A model generated the notes under the pieces. That model had not been told where the DNA came from. It ran no database searches and worked only from the letters and a program-made list of their open reading frames with translations. DNA of 64,000 nt, taken from the NCBI GenBank assembly GCA_951406725.2, contig OX597836.1, forward strand, positions 27,094,001-27,158,000, given 5' to 3'. The stretch is from Octopus vulgaris (Eukaryota). Below, piece after piece: positions 13,772 through 27,233 of this stretch. Each line of letters begins with the position of its first letter. The stretch's first letter is position 1. The position numbers were made by a program, and so were the translations under genes.

Positions 13772-16700
13772 TGCACACGCATGCATTATGTCAGTCTAAG
13801 CATCCTTGAAACAGGCTGCTATATTTTCTGGCATACAAGTTGAATTTTTCAGACCAGAATTTACAGCCCAAAAAAGAGGTCAGTCAACATATACATGAAG
13901 ACGGCTTTGGAGAAGCAAAAATTCCATGTACAATTCTGCAGGATTTGGAAAGAGAGTGACCGTGTTTGAATGTTCACGCTACATACTATGTTAGCTTGAA
14001 TGCCATAAAGTACTGAATATATATAAAAGTCAAGGAAAGAAACCTCTCACAGTCACTACACCGGCTAGAAATAGCAGCCAAATCTCTTTCAGACTGCACT
14101 TTTTTGTCTTATATATTTTATGTAAAATGCAGCAGGATTTAGAACGACAGTGATGATGTATGAATGCTTATATTAGATAGAGTTTCATGTTAATTTGCCT
14201 CTGTCTCTTTAGATTTGCTAATAGAACATTCATTACAATAATATCTGTTCATTTTGGAAAATATTGTATAGACTCTGGTCCTTTGTGTAGTCTCGAGGGG
14301 CTGGGATTGGATTATAGCAACTAGTTTCTCCTCTTCAGATTAATATTCTTTAAGCGTTCCATTTCAATCCTCACAATAGAACGGCAAGGGTGAGTTACAG
14401 GGTACAAGATCTATGGGGACGGTGGTGGTAGCGGGGTGGTGGTGGTGGTGGCCTGGTTTTGTTGTGACATTAAATGATTCCTTCAGTGGATGTCATTTCT
14501 ATCTCAGCTGCAGCCAGTTCCATATTAAAGGTCATCACTGATGCCATTTAAGACATTCTTTCCCTCCCACCCCATCACTTCATCTCTCTCTCTCTTTCTC
14601 CTCCCTCTCCTTTACTCTCTCTCTACCACTTCTCTCTTCACACCCTTCCTCACTTTCTCTATTTGTTCACTCTCTCTCTCTCTCTCTCTCCTCCCCTCTT
14701 TGTCTCATGTTTCTCTCTTGCATGCAACTTGTCCCAGATCCAAATTCTTGTTTGCTGTACAAATAAATTAATTTTTTTTATTCATGACTCAGGCAAACTA
14801 TGCATATTGTATACCATTGCGTATGCTACATATCATAGCCTATACTATAAGCTATTGCTTATACCAGAGATCATTGCCTTTTCTCTAAGCTGTTGCCTAC
14901 ATTATAGACCATTACCTATACTTTAGACTGTTGCCTATACTATAGACCATAGTATATACCCCATGTCATTGCTTATACTTCATGCAATGCCTATATTATA
15001 GGCCACGGCCCACAGTATACACTCTACTCCCTACACTATGGACCATTGCTTATATCAGTGTTTTTCAACCTTTTTACCCTTGGGTAACCCTTAAAATAAA
15101 TTACATGTCTCAAGGAACCCCTGCATGATAAAACTATATACCATATCTTTCTCATAGTTTTTCATTGTAGTTCACTTGGTAAATATCATATATCATCATC
15201 ATCATCACTGTTTAATGTCCGCTTTCCCTGCCGGCATGGGTTAAACGGTTTGACTGAGGACAGGCAAGCCAGAAGGCTGCACCAGGCTCCAATCTGACCC
15301 TTCAAAGTTTCTGCAGCTGGATGCCCTTCCTAACGCCAACCACTTTGAGAGTGTAGAGAGTACTTTTACATGCCACCAGCATGAGGGCCAGTCAGGCGGT
15401 TCAGTCACGCTCAAAAGGTGTTTTTTACGTGCTACCTGCACGGGAGTCACTGGCGTATATATATATAATCAAAATCAAATTCAATGAGTGGCATCTGTGC
15501 TAGTGGAGCACTAAGAGCACCATCTGAGTGTGATCGTTGCCAGAGCAGATGACTGGCTTCTGTGCCAGTGACACATAAAAAGCACCATTCGAGCGTGATT
15601 ATTACCAGCCTTATTGACACTTGTGCCAGTAGCATGTGAAAAAACATTTGAGCGAGGTCGTTACCAGTGCGCTGGACTGGCTCCTGTGCAGGTGGCATGT
15701 AAAAATCACCATTTGAACGTGGCTATTGCCAGTACCACCTGACTGGCCCTTATGCCGGTGGCACATAAAGGCCCCCACTACACTCTCGGAGTGGTTGGCA
15801 TCCAGCTGTAGAAACTCTGCCAGATCAGATTGGAGCCTGGTGCAGCCATCTGGTTCGCCAGTCCTCAGTCAAATATTCCAATCCATGCTAGCATGGAAAG
15901 CGGACATTAAATGATGATGATGATATATATATATGGTTGTTATATCTATTTGATAACATAATAGGTTAGAGAGGACGAGGGCTATATTACAATATAACAA
16001 TAACCAATAACAGTAAGGTCCAGACGGAAGGTGTCTAATGGCATAAGGGATGTGCTCAAGGGAAGGTTGGACAGCACCACCCACACCAACCTCATCAATA
16101 GCACAGTTCTACCTGCAATGTTATATGGTAGTGAAACATGGGCTACAACAAAGAGAGAAGAACAAAGACTGGTAACATATACATACACACACACGGCAGA
16201 CTCATTAGCGTGCCGAGCGCAATGCCTAGCGGTATTTTGTCTGTTGTTACGTTCTGAGTTCAAATTCCGGCGAGGTCAACTTTGCCTTTCATCCTTTCGG
16301 GGTTGATAAATAAAGTACCAGTTACGCACTGGGGTCGATGTAATCGACTTAATTCCTTTGTCTGTCCTTGTTTGTCCCCTCTATGTTTAGCCCCTTGTGG
16401 GCAATAAAGAAATATATACATACACACACACACATACACACACACACATACACACACACACATATCATCATCATCGTTTAACGTCCGCTTTCCATGCTAG
16501 CATGGGTTGGACGGTTCAACTGGGGTCTGGCAAGCCCGAAGGCTATACCAGGCCAGTCAGATCTGGCAGTGTTTCTACAGCTGGATGCCCTTCCTAACGC
16601 CAACCACTCCGAGAGTGTAGTGGGTGATTTTATGTGCCACCGACACAGGTGCCAGACGAGGCTGGCAGACGGCCACGCTCGGATGGTATATATATAATAT

Positions 16701-17336
16701 ATATACATACATATATACATAAACATATATATGCAAAGTTTAGGTTAGCTAAAATATGTGTGTGTATGTGTCTGTGTATGTGTAAATTTACTGCAGTTAC
16801 TGTAGAGAACATTTTTCTCTTATGGTAAAAGGGTATGGAAACACTCTGTCTGTTCAGTGTTGCCATCTATCAGGATTCCCAGACACTGATGTTACTAGCT
16901 CATTGGTTTTTATCAATGGGAAGCACTTAAGCAAGGCAACTCTGAACAGATCTTGTTAAGTGGTAGCTTTATGTAAAATACAGTTGACAACGGCAACTAT
17001 ATACATAGCTATAAATGTATGTGTATATGTGATGATGTGGGTTAAGTATGGGAAAAAATTGGTGAGGATGGGGGGGGAGGGAGAAAGGAAGAAAACAGTG
17101 AGAACAGTAATGAATCAGGTGTCAAGTGACATCTGGTGTTTAAACAATCACATGCATGAACGGATAGCAAAAAAACACAATAAATCACTTAATAGAATGA
17201 AAAGGCAACAACAAAATCTATATACACTTGCAAAGACGTGTGTGTATGTGCGTAATAAATATGATAATGAAAACCCCAAAAGCATACATATACATACACA
17301 CACACCATAACATACACATATACATACATGTCCAAA

Positions 17337-17380
<44 letters not shown>

Positions 17381-19893
17381 AGCAATCTCCTTTTTGAATA
17401 TCTTTGGTAAAGTCTATGCCAGAAGTGTGGAAAAGGGATGGAGGGAAATTGTCAAGTGCAAGCTGGTTGAAGAACTGGCTACCCTCCAGGGTGCAGCACA
17501 ACCAACCAGAGACTCACTCTATGGCAAGTCTTCAAGAAATCATGGGAATATTGTCAAGAGGAGTACACTTGCTTTGAAGATCTCAAAAAGGCAACAGACC
17601 ATGTGTTGGAGGACATGCTGTGGAAGGTTTTACAGGAGTACGAGATTAAAGGGCAACCTCTGATTGCCATGATGTCCCTATATGAATGCTCAACTGTTCC
17701 AGCATGGGCGTTGGACTTTAGCAGGGGTGCATACTGTCACCTCTCCTTCTCACAATTTTTATGAACTGGATTGACATTCACAAAGACCTTTTGGCATTAT
17801 ATTGTGCTTGAGAAGAAGACCCATCAAGCTGAACAAAATCACAGTCATGGCAGATACTGGTGTCACGCAAATGGCAACCATGGCAGTGACACGTAAAAGC
17901 ATCATCTACACTCTCAGAGTGGTTGGCATTAGGAAGGGCATCCAGCCATAGAAAACCATTCACAACCATTGAGGAAATGGTACGACACTTCGTGGATTGA
18001 CATACACAACCATTGTGGAAATAATATGACAATCGGTAGGTGTAGGGTCAGTCGGCCAATATTTGCAGACGACAGGATGCTATATGTCTCATCAGAGGGG
18101 AATCTGCAACATGTACTGGATGGGTAGCTGCTAAGTGCTGTAAGGTAAAGATGAGAATAAGTGTTATGAGAACTGAGATGGTGGACCTCTGAAAAATGCC
18201 TCCCCCAGTACACTCTGCTGTTTGTGGAACATCACTGAGGTAAGCAGAGAAGTTGAAGTCTGTTGGGGCCGAAGTTGAATTCGATGCTAGAATTGTAGAT
18301 GTTCATACAGTAATGTGCCAACTCCAGCATTTGATCCTCAGAAAAGGAGAGGCTGGTAAAAAAAAAAGCCAAAGTCGGTATCTTCGATTCTGTTTTCATG
18401 CCTGTCCTCAACTACGGTTATGAGTGTTGGATATTGACCAAAAGAGTATGAACACAAATACAAGTAACCAAAATGGGATTACTCTGAAGGGTTTTTGGAG
18501 TAATGTTACTCAAAAGAGGGATTAGCTTGGGGAGCAGGAAGTCTCTCCTGGTTGAGTTGTATTGGAAGGTCACAGTTCTGGTACTATAGACATGTGATTA
18601 GAATGTTGTAGGAAAGGTGGAGAGACAGAGTGGGAGGAAGGGTGAGTGAGTAGAACAGTGGGTCTCAGGTAGCTGGGACACAGTAAGCAAGTGTATGCCA
18701 GCTCAAGATTTATTTGGTCAAACATCGTGCAGGTGAACTTCTAATAAATTCAGTTCCTTGACCAGACTGTCGACAATATCCTGTCAAGCTCTGCTAATTT
18801 TCAGATCTGAAGACAGAGTGAGACACCATCTTGCTTACTCTATTTTGAAAGAAGTTCCTCACAACATCTCCACAGTAGCTGCGCAAAATTCCTTGGAGGA
18901 GACTGCTACTGTTGGCACCATGACCAGGGACTCAAAACAGCCGTTGGCCACTGTCAGCAGTGCAAGTAAGCATGACCGTGATGTTACGACACGCACACAC
19001 ATACATACATACATACATACATACAAATATATATATATACATGATGGGCTTTCTTTCAGTCGACCCAAAGCTATAGTAGAAGACACTTGCTCAAGGTGCC
19101 ACACAGTGTGACTGAACTCAGAGCTATGTGCTTGGGAAGCAAGCTTCTTACCACACAGCCGCTCCTGCACCAATATATATATACAGGGTGTCCCCAAAAA
19201 ATGTATACACACCTTAAATAATTGTAAATTTGTTATTCTTTGTAAGCCTAGTACTTATTCTATCGTTCTCTTTTGCCGAACCACTATGTGTATACATTTT
19301 TTGGGACACCCTGTATATACACACACACACACATATATACTGATCTTCATATACATACATAACTTATACAGATATTCCAATATAAATCTGGAATAAAATG
19401 ACACCACGTGCTTCACTGGATGTGTAATGTTAACAGAAATAAAGATGAAGCTTAAATGGAGTGAGAGAAAAACCAGGGTGTCTGAAGAGAGACATTAAGA
19501 GGGAGTAAGAGAGAAGAACTGATAGGGAAATGTTGCTGCGTTAAAATGAGGAGGACAACTGAATAATTGCCTAGAACAATGGCCCCCAACTTTTTTTTTT
19601 TAACTATAAACCGGTTTGATGTATGGCAATTTTCCCAGATTGGAGAACCACATTGAACAAAACGCAGTGAGGGGATTAATACATTACTAAATTATCATAT
19701 ATACTCTTTTACTTGTTTCAGTCATTTTGACTGTGGCCATACTGGAGCACTGCCTTTAGTCGAGCAAATCGACCCCAGGACTTATTCTTTGTAAGCCCAG
19801 TACTTATTCTATCAGTCTCTTTTGCCGAACCGCTAAGTTATGGGGACGTAAACACACCAGCATTGGTTGTTAAGCAATGTTGTGGGGACATAC

Positions 19894-19942
<49 letters not shown>

Positions 19943-22584
19943 TATATACGATGGGCTTCTTTCAGTTTCCATCTACCAAATCCACTCACAAGACTTTGGT
20001 CGGCCTGAGCCTATAGCAGAAGACACTTGCCCAAGGTGCCACACAGTGGGACTGAACCTGGAACCATGTGGTTGGCAAGCAAGCTACTTACCATACAGCC
20101 ACTCCTATTTCATATATAATGCATATTTAATACAAAAACACTTTGCAGGCTGTAACTGTCAGTAAAATAGCAATATATTGCATAAAATGTATTCTTCCTG
20201 TGTAGCCTGGTACTAAATAATCCACTGCCTGGTACTGGCATGTGGTTAGGGACCCTTGATGTAAAGAAGTGCCACTTGAGGAAGATCAAGATATGGAAAG
20301 AAGAAGTAACGAAGGTTGATAGACGGTAAGGGTGGTGAGGTCTGGACTTCACAAAGGGAACGATAGAGGACGGCAATAAGTGGTACAACGGCAATAAGTG
20401 TTCTGAAAGAAGTCTTGTCCAACATGGGGTGTGTATGCGGGGAACGGGGAAGGGAGACGACCGTAATACGATGATGGAGGCGGTGATGGTCGTCGTGGTA
20501 GTGGTGCATGCCCCCACCCCTATGCACTTCCGGTGCAGCAAGAGGCAGTTGTAGTGAGGAGTATATTTATTTATGATCCGATTATAAACAATCTAGTCGA
20601 AGGAATTGTTTTTTTTTAGAATAAAGGTATTAAATTGAAAATCATACAAAACCCGATAGCATTACGTGAACAAGGGTACAACGTGTACGTACGTATGTCA
20701 TGTATGTATGTACGTACGTACATCATGTAAGTATGTACGTACGTATGTCATGTATGTATGTACGTACGTATGTCATGTATGTATGTACGTACGTATGTCA
20801 TGTATGTATGTACGTACGTATGTCATGTATGTATGTACGTACGTATGTCATGTACGTATGTATGTACGTATGTATGTATGTATGTACGTATGTATGTACG
20901 TATGTATGTACGTATGTATGTATGTATGTATGTATGTATGTATGTATGTATGTATGTATGTATGTATGTATGTATGTATGTATGTATGTATGTATGTATG
21001 TATGTATGTATGTATGTACGTACGTACGTATGTATGTATGCATGTGTGTGTGTGTGTGTGTGTGTGTATGTATTATGTTGCTGTTGTTCTAGCCCCAGGT
21101 CATCCTAAGCCCGTGTAGACATTAATATCCAAGATATTTCAGTTATGTACCACCTCATTATTACATTCTGAACAAATAAACTTTGACAACGCCTAAACCA
21201 GGTTTTTCTGTAAACACTTGACTAAGTCTATTGATGTGTCAAAACATGTTTACCCCTGGTTTACGAAGCCACTATGAACGAGATAGCAAAAGTTTTAACA
21301 ACAAACTGTGTGTGTGTGTGTATTTATACACAGAGATACACAATTGAGAAAACACTGAACGACCGTAATGAAGTACATTCGATCCTCTATGTAATCATTT
21401 GATCTGTTAGACACAACAGCCAAATCCATCTCAAGTTACAACCCTCTCACTGCCTTAAAACAAAAGGACGAACATACATGATAATGCTGACCTAAGTTTC
21501 TGTAAAAATCAGACAGAATAGTCACAGATGGAATGTCTTTGATCATAGGTATCTTTAATGAGGGCTCACGGGTTGAGGGAAAACTAAGTAACAATAGTGA
21601 CACTCAAATACGTGGACAGTGACGAAGGATAATTATAAACGGTTGTGATGTTGTTTAGCCCCAGGTCAGTCTAGGTTGAGCATTATTAGGACCAAAGAAA
21701 TTTCAGCCATATATCTTATTCTAGATACAAAAAATAGGATCTAATAATCTTTGGTACACACTATATTTCGACAATTTCTACGGCTTCTAAGAATTCTCTG
21801 TATGAAACAGCGATAGACTATGAACCAAAAAAGAAATCGTCTACGTGGTCACTATGTCTTCTAGACAGAACAACTAAATCCCCTTCAAACAATGTATCAC
21901 TGTCTTTAAAAAGAAAAGGAGGGTGGTGTGCTCCTATATATAATACAGCTGAATCAAGGCTGAAGTGGTTTTGATCACAGGTCTAATGGATTACGGCTGA
22001 CTTAGGGTTAAACAAGTGTTTCTTCTCAGTGATGCACACAGCATGCTAACGTTCTTCGGTGTTTTGAATCTATAATTAAATATGTCAGTATATATATATA
22101 TATAACTGTGTTGACATACGTGTAGTTTAATAATATGGTTGGGTATCGTGTGTCTATCTGTTAATAACCTGGTGTGTTGTGAGGAGAGGTGGGTCGTGAG
22201 GTTTAGGGCGCGGCCCTTCTTTACTGAATAAACGAGAAATATGTCAGTGGAATGCAGTGAATAAAGTTCTCCCCGGGTTCTAAATGTTTTGTGTTTGTCG
22301 TGTCTGTGTGTTTAACCGTTTAATTTCTTCTCAACGGTTGAAATATTTTACATACATCGCATACGGAGGAGAGACGGGGTGGAAGCAATGGTGGAGTGGA
22401 ATGGAATAATCGCTTCATTATACACAATGCAGAATATATTTTATAAATAAAACAAACTCACGAAGGCGTTGGGAACTCCTGTTTTCGATGATCCGCCACC
22501 TCCTGCCACCAAAAAGTGGTTTTCGTCCAAAGCACGGATCGTATAGATCGGGAATTCCGTCCTGGCCAGCAAGGCAGACGCCAT
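38..22584 (-). CDS. PREB: Prolactin regulatory element-binding protein / SEC12 (Sar1 GEF, WD40 propeller); spliced gene, 3' end beyond window start. Exons 22584-22462, 10375-10174, 8968-8742, 7598-7515, 6075-5957, 4487-4317, 110-38
   Basis: Seven exons join in frame with GT-AG sites and matching phases (0,1,0,0,2,2). The protein has the SEC12 K-loop motif VAGGGGSSKTGVPN, plus QKVVKFSPDG, AHSSDIDDLAVSPSG, YRFRCCEFG and VSDDGDYLGVGSISGSISVYISFSLQ, all recalling PREB. Confidence 0.93.
151..368 (+). mobile_element. tRNA-derived SINE family A
   Basis: Head ggtggtgagctggcagagtcgttag...gagttcaaattcc; central gcctttcatcctttc...gataaaataagtaccag. Other copies about 7183-7400, 40512-40957, 46622-46840, 51160-51370, 52337-52551, 57605-58027. 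Confidence 0.8.
455..635 (+). repeat. About 21-bp degenerate minisatellite
   Basis: acaggttacttggcaacctt units. Confidence 0.75.
3900..4107. mobile_element. hAT-type MITE with perfect 8-bp target-site duplication (TSD)
   Basis: TIRs cagtgcttcccaac / gttgagaacccctg; TSD gtctaacc at 3892-3899 and 4108-4115. Confidence 0.85.
4317..4487 (-). CDS. PREB: PREB coding exon 6 (FGCVEGNKNKYNLYTLNIP...CYIAKWDG...GTEVLSALSV)
   Basis: Acceptor ccattcag; donor GTAAGA; phases 2/2. Confidence 0.92.
4585..5390 (+). repeat. Compound (TG)n minisatellite with recurring tattagt linkers
   Basis: acctactatattagt / gctagtatattagt / gcttgtagattagt alternate with (TG)n. Confidence 0.8.
5957..6075 (-). CDS. PREB: PREB coding exon 5 (VVTVSKDNLGIVWNAKTG...YRFRCC)
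   Basis: Acceptor tgtttag; donor GTAAGT; phase 2. Confidence 0.92.
6261..6626 (+). mobile_element. Non-autonomous Helitron-like element
   Basis: 5' TC; 3' hairpin cactatgacc...ggtcatagtg plus CTAG; second copy at about 55948-56312 (minus). Confidence 0.7.
6630..7167 (+). mobile_element. Second Helitron-like element abutting the first
   Basis: Starts TCtataataa; ends in hairpin gcttaaaag...cttttaagc plus CTAA. Confidence 0.5.
7515..7598 (-). CDS. PREB: PREB coding exon 4 (HQESKKIFEVSAHSSDIDDLAVSPSGKW)
   Basis: Acceptor cattgcag; donor GTAAGT; 84 nt. Confidence 0.92.
8742..8968 (-). CDS. PREB: PREB coding exon 3 (...VRQRRTK...FQKVVKFSPDGNLLYTGSDNGILRCWM)
   Basis: Acceptor ttatttag; donor GTAAGG; WD40 repeat. 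Confidence 0.92.
9228..9625 (-). mobile_element. SINE family B copy nested in a family D SINE (9138-9227 + 9627-9860)
   Basis: The flanking sequence rejoins as a family D element. Confidence 0.8.
10174..10375 (-). CDS. PREB: PREB coding exon 2 (EIYAVKWDEG...HDTGSQAVMN...KLAVGLDDDCQVF...DTKK)
   Basis: Acceptor ttttctag; donor GTTATA (weak); 202 nt; phase 1 matches exon 3. Confidence 0.88.
12536..12929 (+). mobile_element. tRNA-derived SINE family B (full length, internal (TA)n/(TG)n)
   Basis: Head ggcgcaggagtggc...ggttcagtccc; CORE-like accttgggcaagtg; tail gactgaaacaagtaaaagag. Other copies about 9228-9625, 10550-10955, 19704-20107, 24329-24752, 31778-32133, 36604-37024, 45322-45660, 50234-50640, 56341-56739. 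Confidence 0.85.
15960..16172 (+). mobile_element. RTE-type LINE fragment
   Basis: NLINSTVLPAMLYGSETWATTKREEQRL. Confidence 0.7.
17377..18620 (+). mobile_element. Decayed RTE-type LINE (RT domain and C-terminus), interrupted at about 17780-17960
   Basis: YRAISFLNIFGKVYAR RT-entry motif; FADD-like and PVLNYGYECW-like remnants with stops and frameshifts. Confidence 0.7.
19184..19313. mobile_element. Tc1/mariner-type MITE
   Basis: TIRs cagggtgtccccaaaaaatgtatacac / gtgtatacattttttgggacaccctg, flanked by TA. Confidence 0.8.
22462..22584 (-). CDS. PREB: PREB coding exon 1 (MASALLARTEFPIYTIRALDENHFLVAGGGGSSKTGVPNAF)
   Basis: ATG in aaaccATGG context; 123 nt; donor GTGAGT; phase 0. Confidence 0.93.
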
Positions 22585-22830
22585 GGTTTAATATAATAAA
22601 GTCTGTTGTTATTGTCGTATAATAATAATAATACAAGTTGCTAATTCCGATGAAGGCATTAGATGACCGTTGAAGTAAGGTGTACTGGTTACTTAGGGGG
22701 ACAGAAACCAGGGTTTAAGTTAATGAGCAAGACGAAATTAATTAATTAATTATACATATGGACGGAAGATAAAAACGAAGGTAGATGAGGTCTGAAGAAC
22801 GACGATTTAACCGGCAGCTGTCATCTACTT
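22585..22830 (-). promoter_or_regulatory. PREB 5'UTR / proximal promoter region
   Basis: Non-repetitive, CpG-retaining DNA directly upstream of the PREB ATG. Confidence 0.4.
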
Positions 22831-22911
22831 TAGATATTTACATACAATATATATTACAGAAAACATATGCTACATACATAATCATTTATATATCCATATA
22901 AATATACATTC

Positions 22912-22945
<34 letters not shown>

Positions 22946-23342
22946 GAATATATATTTATATTTATGTACAGGGGCACACGATATTTCTTTAGTTAACGTT
23001 TATGAATATATTTTTTTTTAAATGAAAATATTGGTTTATAAACCAGAAGTTTAAAGATATATAATCTTAAAAGAACGTTTCTAAATATCACTCCGTTTTT
23101 CTGTTGTGTTGCTCTCGGCTCAAATTAAAACGAAGGTAAGCGAGAAAAGTTTGTAAAGGCCTGACATATCCAACAGACAGACATTTCATCTGTCTTCTCA
23201 ATTGATAGAAATAACAAACTACGTGTCGCTCGATGACAGGTGCGTCAGTTGCATGAAAAAGTGAGATCATGGAATCGAAAATGTTAACCGAAACGAACTA
23301 GTTCTCTCTCTTTCTCTATCAGTTTATAGTCTTTCTGCTTTT

Positions 23343-23421
<79 letters not shown>

Positions 23422-23602
23422 AAAAAATAGTAGGTTTGCTGGAAATAAATCTATGGATATTTCTGGATCACATGTATTTTCCTATTAAATATCAAAATAG
23501 AATTTAAAAAAATATTTTTTCTATTATTTTATATTTATGTGTACTCTTAAATGTATATAATACGCTTCAAAAGAAGGCCCAGAGACAAATGACACACATG
23601 CG

Positions 23603-23677
<75 letters not shown>

Positions 23678-24539
23678 AGGGGGTGTATGTGTGTGTGTGG
23701 GTATACTTATCATCATAATCATCATCTAACGTCTGTTGTCCATGCTGGCATGGGTTGGACTGTTTGATGGGGGTTGGTATGCTGGAAGGCTGCACTAAAC
23801 TCCAGTCTAATTTGACATAGTTTGCTATGGCTGGATGCCCTTTCTAATGCCAACCGCTCTGAGAGTGTAGAGGGTGCTTTTACGTGTCACTGGCACAGGT
23901 GCCATTTGCATGACACCAGTATCTGCCATGACTGCAATTTTGCTTGACTTGATGGGCCTTCTCAAATATGACATAATACCAAAAGGTCTTTGTCATTGCC
24001 TCTGTGAGGCCCAATGCTCGAAAGGAATATATATATATATAAACATTCCTGTCTCAACCTGGGACCTTGAAGACTGCTATAATGCAAGAAAGTATACTAG
24101 TCCTTTAATATTTTATATTTAATATTTCATCTATTCAATAAGACAATCAATATTTCATTTCATTTTACTATATATATATATATATATATATTATTTATAC
24201 TATATATTCTATATTCTACGTTAATATTATAAAGAATATGAATAAAACATAAAAAACAGAGTTGGAATTTCTTTGAATAATATATATCCCTCTATACACA
24301 ATCATACAAACCCCTTTATATATATATACTCTTTACTCTTTTACTCTTTTACTTGTTTCAGTCATTTGACTGCGGCCATGCTGGAGCACCGCCTTTAATC
24401 GAGCAACTCGACCCCGGGACTTATTCTTTTTTGTAAGCCCAGTACTTATTCTATCGGTCTCTTTTGCCGAACTGCTAAGTTACGGGGACATAAACACACC
24501 AGCATCGGTTGTCAAGCAATGCTAAATGGACAAACACAG

Positions 24540-24590
<51 letters not shown>

Positions 24591-25949
24591 TACGACAGGC
24601 TTCTTTCAGTTTCCGTCTACCAATCCACTCACAAGGCATTGGTCAGCCCGGGGCTATAGCAGAAGACACTTGCCTAAGATGCCACGCAGTGGGACTGAAC
24701 CCGGAACCATGTGGTTGGTAAGCAAGCTACTTACCACACAGCCAATCCTGCGCTGTTTCAGTCATTTGATTGCAGCCATGTTGGAACACTTGTGAGGTTA
24801 CCATGCTACTTGCAAGATTAATATCCCTTTTGACTGTGGTGAGGAGGGAGGAGCCTGACAATAGAGAGGGAGACATCTTTATGTTAGAGGACGAGGGAGT
24901 GGGGACCAGAATGTAGAAGTGGGGACCAGAACAGATTCTTTGCTGTAGAGGAGAGATGAGACACTTAGCAACTCACATTGTAGAAAAGAGGGTGAGAGCA
25001 GCTGGGAGCAAGAAAAATATAATTCCTGCATGTTGAGTAAATGGCTGCAAACCATTAACTGATAAAATTTATGCATAAAAAACATAGTATAAAACATGAT
25101 ATAGGCCTTAGAAGGGGAGTAAGGTTGTGTATACTGGAGTTGTAAAGTAAGAATTTTAGTGTTTATCCATAATGTTATTGCTTTTACACCTGTTAATTAA
25201 ATTTACCTGCCCATAAAACTCAAATTTACTCAGCAAGGTCAGTTAAAATTACATAACTATAAACCAGTGGTATATAAAGCATCCACTGACAAAATTTCAA
25301 ATCTGTATGTAAACAATTTACAAAGTTACAAGCAAATATTGTGGGCACCCCTCCCTCTTGAACCTGAATAATTCAAAATAACGTGAACAAATAAGCATTA
25401 CATTTGACAGATTAAAAAGATGTTTTTAAGTGGTTTTGTTTCTTACACACATAACACAGCTTCACTTGGGACTACACGTGTGTTACTTTGACATCCTCAT
25501 TCCATAAAATTTGTTTATGGGGAGAAAAATATTGAAAGATATCAATAGATATGTAAGTGAGAAAGAACCATGAAGGAAGGTTTTGAGATGTACTAGAACC
25601 AACAGCCAGATCTCCCTTAAATCACACATTTTCCTTTGAAATTATTAACAATTTTTTAAAACCCAAAAATGTTTATCTCACGGGTTTTAAGTGCATAGTG
25701 AAAAAAAATTGGCCAAAATCGTTTCGGACTGGGGTGGTGAGGGGGTGGCGGAAGTGAAAACATTTTTTAATATTTTTTCCTTTTTTTCGTGAAAAGATAC
25801 CTCCCATCATTCTGAAGACTTTGCTGTAAAACATTGGAAAAAATCCGTCAAAAACGGAGCAATTCCATCTCATGTGCGCCCGTCTGATTCGAAACTCTGT
25901 TTTCCAGATACTCCACTCCCCCACCCACTTCCAATTTTTTTTGCTTACA

Positions 25950-26205
25950 AATCGTAATCTACACCACTTGAAAGGTATTTGTATAAAATTTCATTAAAAA
26001 ATACCTATTTTCCAGAAAGTTATGAGGGGGGAAATATTGGGTCCCGTGAATTTTCTGAAACTCCTCTCCCCAACCCCTCGACAAATTTCTTCCATCAAAT
26101 CGTTATACACACTCAATATACAGGGTATAAACAATCATTTAGTGCAAATTTCGTTAAAAAGTATCCGTTCTTCTGGAAGTTATGAGGCAGCAAAGTCGGT
26201 GGGGT
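25950..26205. repeat. Solo copy of the same two-subunit repeat arm
   Basis: atctacaccacttgaaaggtat...aaaatacctattttccagaaagttatgag matches 31432-31502. Confidence 0.6.
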
Positions 26206-26327
26206 ATTAAACTGTAGTTATGCCGTTTTTCAATAAAAGTTAACGTTAACTTCTATTACATTTTGGTTAACGGATTAACAAAGTTAACTTTTCCATTAGC
26301 AGTACCCACCTCTGTCTGTCTGCTTTT

Positions 26328-26358
<31 letters not shown>

Positions 26359-26994
26359 TGTATATATATATAGAGTCACTTTACATGTTTCCAGTCTCAG
26401 CACAGACCCAGCAATTTTGAGAGAAGTAAGCAGACCCCATTCACTCCCCCCCCCCCCGGTACTTACCTGCCTCTTCGTTTCATTGACCATGGAAGAATGA
26501 AAGGTAAAGTTCACGTCAGTGTGATTTGAACTCAGAACACGAAGAATCAAAATGAATACCACACGGCATCTCCACCCGAAGCTCTACCAATTCAGCCCAT
26601 TTCGTTGTCAAACAGTTTCGTTTCTTACTAATATCATTCATTATGAACCCTAACAACTGTATTCATTGAGAGTGAGACACTCGATAATGAACAAACACAA
26701 TGAGAAATACAAAAAGACAGAGATAATAAAATAGTTTTTGTCTTTGTGTGAATTTTGTAAATGGTTTCAAAGAATTTTCAATAAGGGAATTATTTCAGTT
26801 CCGATCTACGTTCTCACAGTAAGTCACTCGCCAAGCAAGTATGACATCTTTCATCATCACCTTTATGTATATTATACGTATGTAAATACGGATGATAGGT
26901 GAGTGTATTTGTGTATTTGTGTGTGTGTGTGTGTGTTTGTATACACATGCACACATTCATATATACATACACACTTACAAACGTACATACATAC

Positions 26995-27041
<47 letters not shown>

Positions 27042-27099
27042 CATACATACATACATACATACATACATACACACAAATGGATTGAATTGATAGATAGAT

Positions 27100-27159
<60 letters not shown>

Positions 27160-27233
27160 CAGGTAGGTAGATAGCTATATAGATAGGTAGGTAGGTAGAC
27201 AGATAGACATAAATATATTGATAGAGGGATATA

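Noticed and set aside
22418-22636. 72-aa minus-strand ORF over PREB exon 1
   Set aside because: Wrong frame; the PREB frame starts at ATG 22584.
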